This document shows, one piece after another, positions 60,336-64,000 of a stretch of DNA of 64,000 nucleotides (position 1 is its first letter; the number at the start of each line of letters is the position of its first letter). A model generated the notes under the pieces. The model was not told the origin of the DNA. It saw nothing but the letters and a program-made list of their open reading frames with translations, and did no database searches. The translations under genes were made by a program, and so were the position numbers. The DNA is from an uncultured Nitrospiraceae bacterium (GTDB lineage: Bacteria > Nitrospirota > Thermodesulfovibrionia > Thermodesulfovibrionales > Dissulfurispiraceae), in contig CAVPIW010000007.1 of NCBI GenBank assembly GCA_963705105.1, forward strand, positions 128,001 through 192,000. The letters run 5' to 3'.

Positions 60336-60836
60336 TCATTTTGGTATTGTGACATTGTCGTCATCATAGTCACCATTTTCTGCTGTCCTGTGACACGCTG
60401 TACAGTTCCCTCTTGACCCTATCGATTTCCGAGCGAAAACGTTGTCTTTAATTTCATGATGTTTTTGCCTGATATATGGCACCTCAGATATTCTTGTTGG
60501 AACATCGCTACCAATTGAGGCAAGTATTTTTCGCGATCTCTTTGACCCAGTATTTTCAGCACTATTTTGTGTGAGGTATTTGCGTATTTCATCTTTTGTT
60601 TTCTTTTCGAGGGACAAATCCCCACCGGGGTGCGCTCCCGAAACGTCTATTATCTTTTGCCACGATTTTGCCGGCAACAGACCTGGCTGATAAGCGAAAT
60701 GACAAGTCCCGCAATTAGTCTTATATAGTTCGTTTGTTACCTTCGGCAATGCTTTACTTTCTTTATGATCGTCAGCAAAAGCCGTGATACAAGAAAGGAT
60801 TAAACTTGCGAGTACAATTAGATTTCTTAGTTTCAT
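60336..60836 (-). CDS. Diheme cytochrome c (DHC family)
   Basis: Signal peptide, CGTCHFAYQPGLLP..SW, KHHE, CTACH; AT-rich. Confidence 0.9.
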   Translation of the reverse strand: MKLRNLIVLASLILSCITAFADDHKESKALPKVTNELYKTNCGTCHFAYQPGLLPAKSWQKIIDVSGAHPGGDLSLEKKTKDEIRKYLTQNSAENTGSKRSRKILASIGSDVPTRISEVPYIRQKHHEIKDNVFARKSIGSRGNCTACHRTAENGDYDDDNVTIPK

Positions 60837-60865
60837 ATCCTATTTCCCTCCTTTAGCAATTTGGT

Positions 60866-60943
60866 GCTCTAATACCGCTTGGGCTCACCGGGCGCCGGAC
60901 CGCAAGGCGGGCTGGCGATCCGCGTACAGCCCTTTGTTCGCCT
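60866..60943 (-). other. attC-like site between the MTase and DHC genes
   Basis: Minus strand AGGCGAAC overlapping the MTase stop, imperfect palindrome, ATTAGAGC end. Confidence 0.7.
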
Positions 60944-61862
60944 ATTCAAGTCTCTTCTTGGCTGGCCGGACTCCGCACAGGGCAGGTTCTTCCTTTACGA
61001 GGGTACCGGTTTCCGTGGGCGCTTTCTCAAAGCGTAGTTCCGCTGTCGTGAAAAGGTCAGACGTCTCAGCTTTCAGATACCGGGCCGCCATGCGGCAGTA
61101 TTCCGGATCAATTTCGACTCCAATGCTGTTACGTCCCGTGCGCAGAGCGGCAACCATCGTCGTGCCCGATCCGCAGAACGGATCCAGAACCGTATCCTCA
61201 GTGAAGGAGAACATGCGGACAAGGCGTGTGGCCAGCTCTAGCGGGAAGGGGGCGGGGTGGTGTTTGGTCGAGGCTCCGGTGATAGTCCATATTTGCTGAA
61301 ACCATCGGTCAAAAGCATCTTTTTCAATCCGGCTTGCCTGGCGTTGCTGGTTAGTGGGTTTTCGGTATCCGCCAGGCTTACGCTGCATCAGGATGAATTC
61401 CATGTCGTTCTTGATAATTGCGTTCGGCTCGTAGGGCTTCCCCAAGAACTTTGATCCATTCTCAACCTCGTAGGAGGCGTTTGCAATCTTGTGCCAGATG
61501 ATGGGGTTTAGGTTGTCGAAACCGATCTTTCGGCAGATGACACAAATGTCGGCGTGTAGAGGAAAGACGAGGTGGCGTCCAAAATCGCGGCGCGCGACAC
61601 AAACATCTCCGACCACGCAAACGAGGCGCCCTCCAGGCACGAGAATTCTGTAGATATGGCGCCAAACCTTTTCCAACTCAAACAGAAATGCTTCGTAGTC
61701 CTGAATATGTCCGAGTTGGTCCGGGTTCTCGTTGTACTTTTTCAGATTCCAGTAAGGTGGAGACGTGACGACAAGATGAACCGAGGCATCTTCGAGGTAC
61801 GCAAGTTCCCTCGCATCACCGTTGATCAGCCTGTGAATGGTGGTGTCCATGAGTTCACGCAA
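60942..61862 (-). CDS. Site-specific DNA methyltransferase (N6/N4 family, beta order)
   Basis: VTSPPY, HPAPFP, VLDPFCGSGTT. Confidence 0.93.
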   Translation of the reverse strand: MRELMDTTIHRLINGDARELAYLEDASVHLVVTSPPYWNLKKYNENPDQLGHIQDYEAFLFELEKVWRHIYRILVPGGRLVCVVGDVCVARRDFGRHLVFPLHADICVICRKIGFDNLNPIIWHKIANASYEVENGSKFLGKPYEPNAIIKNDMEFILMQRKPGGYRKPTNQQRQASRIEKDAFDRWFQQIWTITGASTKHHPAPFPLELATRLVRMFSFTEDTVLDPFCGSGTTMVAALRTGRNSIGVEIDPEYCRMAARYLKAETSDLFTTAELRFEKAPTETGTLVKEEPALCGVRPAKKRLE

Positions 61863-62592
61863 AGGCTGCTAAGTGGGCCGTGAGTGTCTTCGCGAAACGC
61901 TCGACGGAAAGGTCGTCCGCCGGGATCGAGAAGCTTCCCTGAATCCCTTCCTCTGTTGTGGACGAAATGAACGCCGCTGCCGTGTAATGCCGTTCCAGCA
62001 CGAGCTTGCGGCAGAAGATTTCATAGCGCCGCATGTAGGAAGCATCGACAAATTCGGGAAAGACTTTGAAATGCGGCTCCTGCACCTTGACCGAGCGGTT
62101 GGAGGCGACGCAGTCCTCCAGCATGAAGAAGTAGCCGAGGAAAGGCTGGGGGCTGCTAAGGTAGGCACGTTCACGATACGCGGTCCAGAGGTCAAGGGCG
62201 CTTCCGATCGCCTCTTCTGTCCGGTTGTTGAAGTTGTTGCCGAAGGATGGACCCACTTGGGACTTGGCCTCAATCGCGGCAAGAAGCGTCTTTTCGCGCA
62301 CCACGAGCAGGTCCCACTCTTTGGTTGGGCGGAAGAAGCCTGGCAACTCGACGGCTTTCTTCCTGAAGACATACCGTTCCGAAATCCCTACCGCCGTGAT
62401 CAATTCCGTGAAGAGGTCGATGAATCCATCCATCTGCGCGCCGCCGGTGACGGCGCTCCGCAGCCCTTGGTCGGCCTTGCCGGTTTCACGCTGCTTATCG
62501 CGTTGACCCGAACGAGTCTTCCAGTAGTGGGCGACTGCCCTTCCGGTACGCGCCGGCAAATCACGTATTATGTCGTCAGGTTTCATATGCAT
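61855..62592 (-). CDS. Type II restriction endonuclease, PaeR7I/XhoI family
   Basis: RSAVTGGAQMDG, LPGFFRPTKEWD, EAKSQVGPSFGNNFNNRTEEAIG; overlaps the MTase start. Confidence 0.88.
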   Translation of the reverse strand: MHMKPDDIIRDLPARTGRAVAHYWKTRSGQRDKQRETGKADQGLRSAVTGGAQMDGFIDLFTELITAVGISERYVFRKKAVELPGFFRPTKEWDLLVVREKTLLAAIEAKSQVGPSFGNNFNNRTEEAIGSALDLWTAYRERAYLSSPQPFLGYFFMLEDCVASNRSVKVQEPHFKVFPEFVDASYMRRYEIFCRKLVLERHYTAAAFISSTTEEGIQGSFSIPADDLSVERFAKTLTAHLAAFA

Positions 62593-62622
62593 CCTATATC
62601 AGATTCTTCGCGTCTATTCATC

Positions 62623-62740
62623 AGGCGAACGCACAAACTCACGGGGAGGCCGTGCACCGGAGCATAATGTGTGAATACCGGAAACGTGCCTAAACCCAAA
62701 ATCGCGCATAAGTTTCACGCCGATCCCGTGAAGCGCGTTG
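62623..62740 (-). other. attC-like site upstream of the RM cassette, R'' end interrupted by IS110
   Basis: Minus strand CTTCACGGGATCGGC...GCCTCCCCGTGAG-N7-GTTCGCCT. Confidence 0.72.
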
Positions 62741-63210
62741 ATACTCATTAAGACCCCCCCTGAACCATACCCGAAACAGGTATGATTCAGGAACCCTAAA
62801 CTCTTCCCTACAGGAGGCCTTATATGAGATTTTACACGAAGCAGCACAAGTTTTACTGCGGCATCGATCTTCACGCAAAAAGCATGTATCTCTGTATCCT
62901 CTCCCAGGAAGGACAGATCGTGCGTCACCGAAACATCAGAACAGACCCGGGCGTCTTTCTGGAGACGATTGCCCCCTACCGTGAGGACATCGTTGTCGCC
63001 GTGGAGTGTATGTTCACATGGTATTGAATCGCCGACCTCTGCAGTGATAACAATATCCCTTTTGTCCTTGGCCATGCTTTGTACATGAAAGCCATTCACG
63101 GGGGAAAAGCCAAGAATGACAGGATCGATGCCCACAAGATCGCCGTCCTGCTCCGAGGCGGGATGATGCCCATGGCATATGTCTAACCTTGCCAGATGAG
63201 CTCAACGAGA
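62741..63210 (+). pseudogene. IS110-family element, left end plus truncated transposase pseudogene (starts 62824)
   Basis: YCGIDLH, VAVEC, KAKNDRIDA DEDD motifs; in-frame stops at 63025 (TGA) and 63184 (TAA); truncated near 63210. Confidence 0.9.
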
Positions 63211-63363
63211 ATTAAATAGGGGGTTGGAGCCTGTCTAAAAACTCTCTGCACTGCGGGCCGATCGCCGAAAGGGAACATCATCCTTACGCCCAGGCCGGTA
63301 TTTCTTTACCTCCTTTCACCATCCCGTTATGTCAATAAATAGGCGCTGTCCCTAATAATTATT

Positions 63364-63999
63364 CAAGCTCTTCAGATGGAGGACTTCGTTGTCACGTGCT
63401 GACTCGTCCTGAATGTGCGACACCTCATATCCGGTTCCTGGTTCCTCGCCCTGAGCTTTCGGACTGGCCATCCGCCTTGAATCCTTCGTGGAAAGCGACA
63501 GTGCCCTGCGGAATATGCCCCTCGAAAGGCAGAGCAAAGAAAACCTCCTGCGGCACTCCCTCATACACAAGTCCCGGCAGGTTTTTAAACCCGAATTTCC
63601 TGTAGTACTCCGGATGTCCCACGAGACAACATCCTTGAGCATTCATATCTTTCAGCCGTGACAGCCCTTCCCGTATCAGTGCTTTGCCGATGCCCTTCCG
63701 CTGGTACTCCGGCAGGACGGAAACAGGTCCAAGTCCGTACCAGTTCGGCGTGCCGTCCGAAATGGTCACGGGAGAGAAAGCAATATGCCCTATCACTCGG
63801 CCATCCATTTCTGCAACCAGCGATACCGTGAGAGCCCTGGCGGCACGCAGCGCCTCGATGATGAACTGCTCCGTGTGGTTGCTGATCTCCAGGGTCTTGA
63901 ACGCTGCGATAGTCACCCCGGTGATCGCGCAAACATCGTTATGCGTTTCGTTCCTGATAACAACCTTGGGATTCATGGGTCTCTTATTCCTCTTTCCTG
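63364..63999 (-). repeat. ~635-bp direct duplicate of 59528-60163 (GNAT plus intron domain I fragment)
   Basis: Direct alignment with scattered substitutions. Confidence 0.93.
63425..63976 (-). CDS. GNAT N-acetyltransferase (YhbS-like), copy 2
   Basis: Three residues differ from copy 1. Confidence 0.92.
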   Translation of the reverse strand: MNPKVVIRNETHNDVCAITGVTIAAFKTLEISNHTEQFIIEALRAARALTVSLVAEMDGRVIGHIAFSPVTISDGTPNWYGLGPVSVLPEYQRKGIGKALIREGLSRLKDMNAQGCCLVGHPEYYRKFGFKNLPGLVYEGVPQEVFFALPFEGHIPQGTVAFHEGFKADGQSESSGRGTRNRI

Positions 64000-64000
64000 C

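Noticed and set aside
63025..63027. In-frame TGA in the IS110 transposase as selenocysteine
   Set aside because: Context TWY*IAD fits a Trp codon mutation, a second stop and truncation follow, and there is no AGUUC hairpin.

Overview
Bacterial, moderately GC-rich window from a probable sulfate-reducing organism; gene content and order suggest Nitrospirota/Thermodesulfovibrionia (inference, no search run). Left to right: (1) a sigma54 (NtrC-type) response regulator, two tandem near-identical secreted multiheme cytochromes of the octaheme tetrathionate reductase (OTR) family with extra N-terminal beta-sandwich domains and sigma54-like promoters, a histidine kinase with a Cys-rich insert, and a double PhnD-like lipoprotein; (2) housekeeping genes (MBL hydrolase, murJ, prmC, prfA, DUF1385, rpmE); (3) adk-sat-aprBA-qmoABC-hppA, rdgB and initiator tRNA-Met; (4) an accessory stretch with a two-domain cupredoxin, a rhodanese, a cNMP-AAA-FeS membrane fusion, a hybrid kinase, HD and HDOD-GGDEF proteins, DinG, and two genes split by in-frame UGA (DUF1573 and MsrA) that look like selenoproteins sharing one SECIS-like loop; (5) a 3215-aa secreted protein with a nucleotidyltransferase-like motif, bracketed by a 62-bp direct repeat; (6) rhomboid, CIRCE-groES-groEL; (7) a decaying integron-type cassette array (GNAT x2, diheme cytochrome c, PaeR7I-like restriction-modification pair, possibly ppnP) whose attC sites carry IS110 and group IIC intron remnants. 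A modular palindromic MITE/REPIN-like family occupies many intergenic spaces. All family assignments come from motif recognition by eye.
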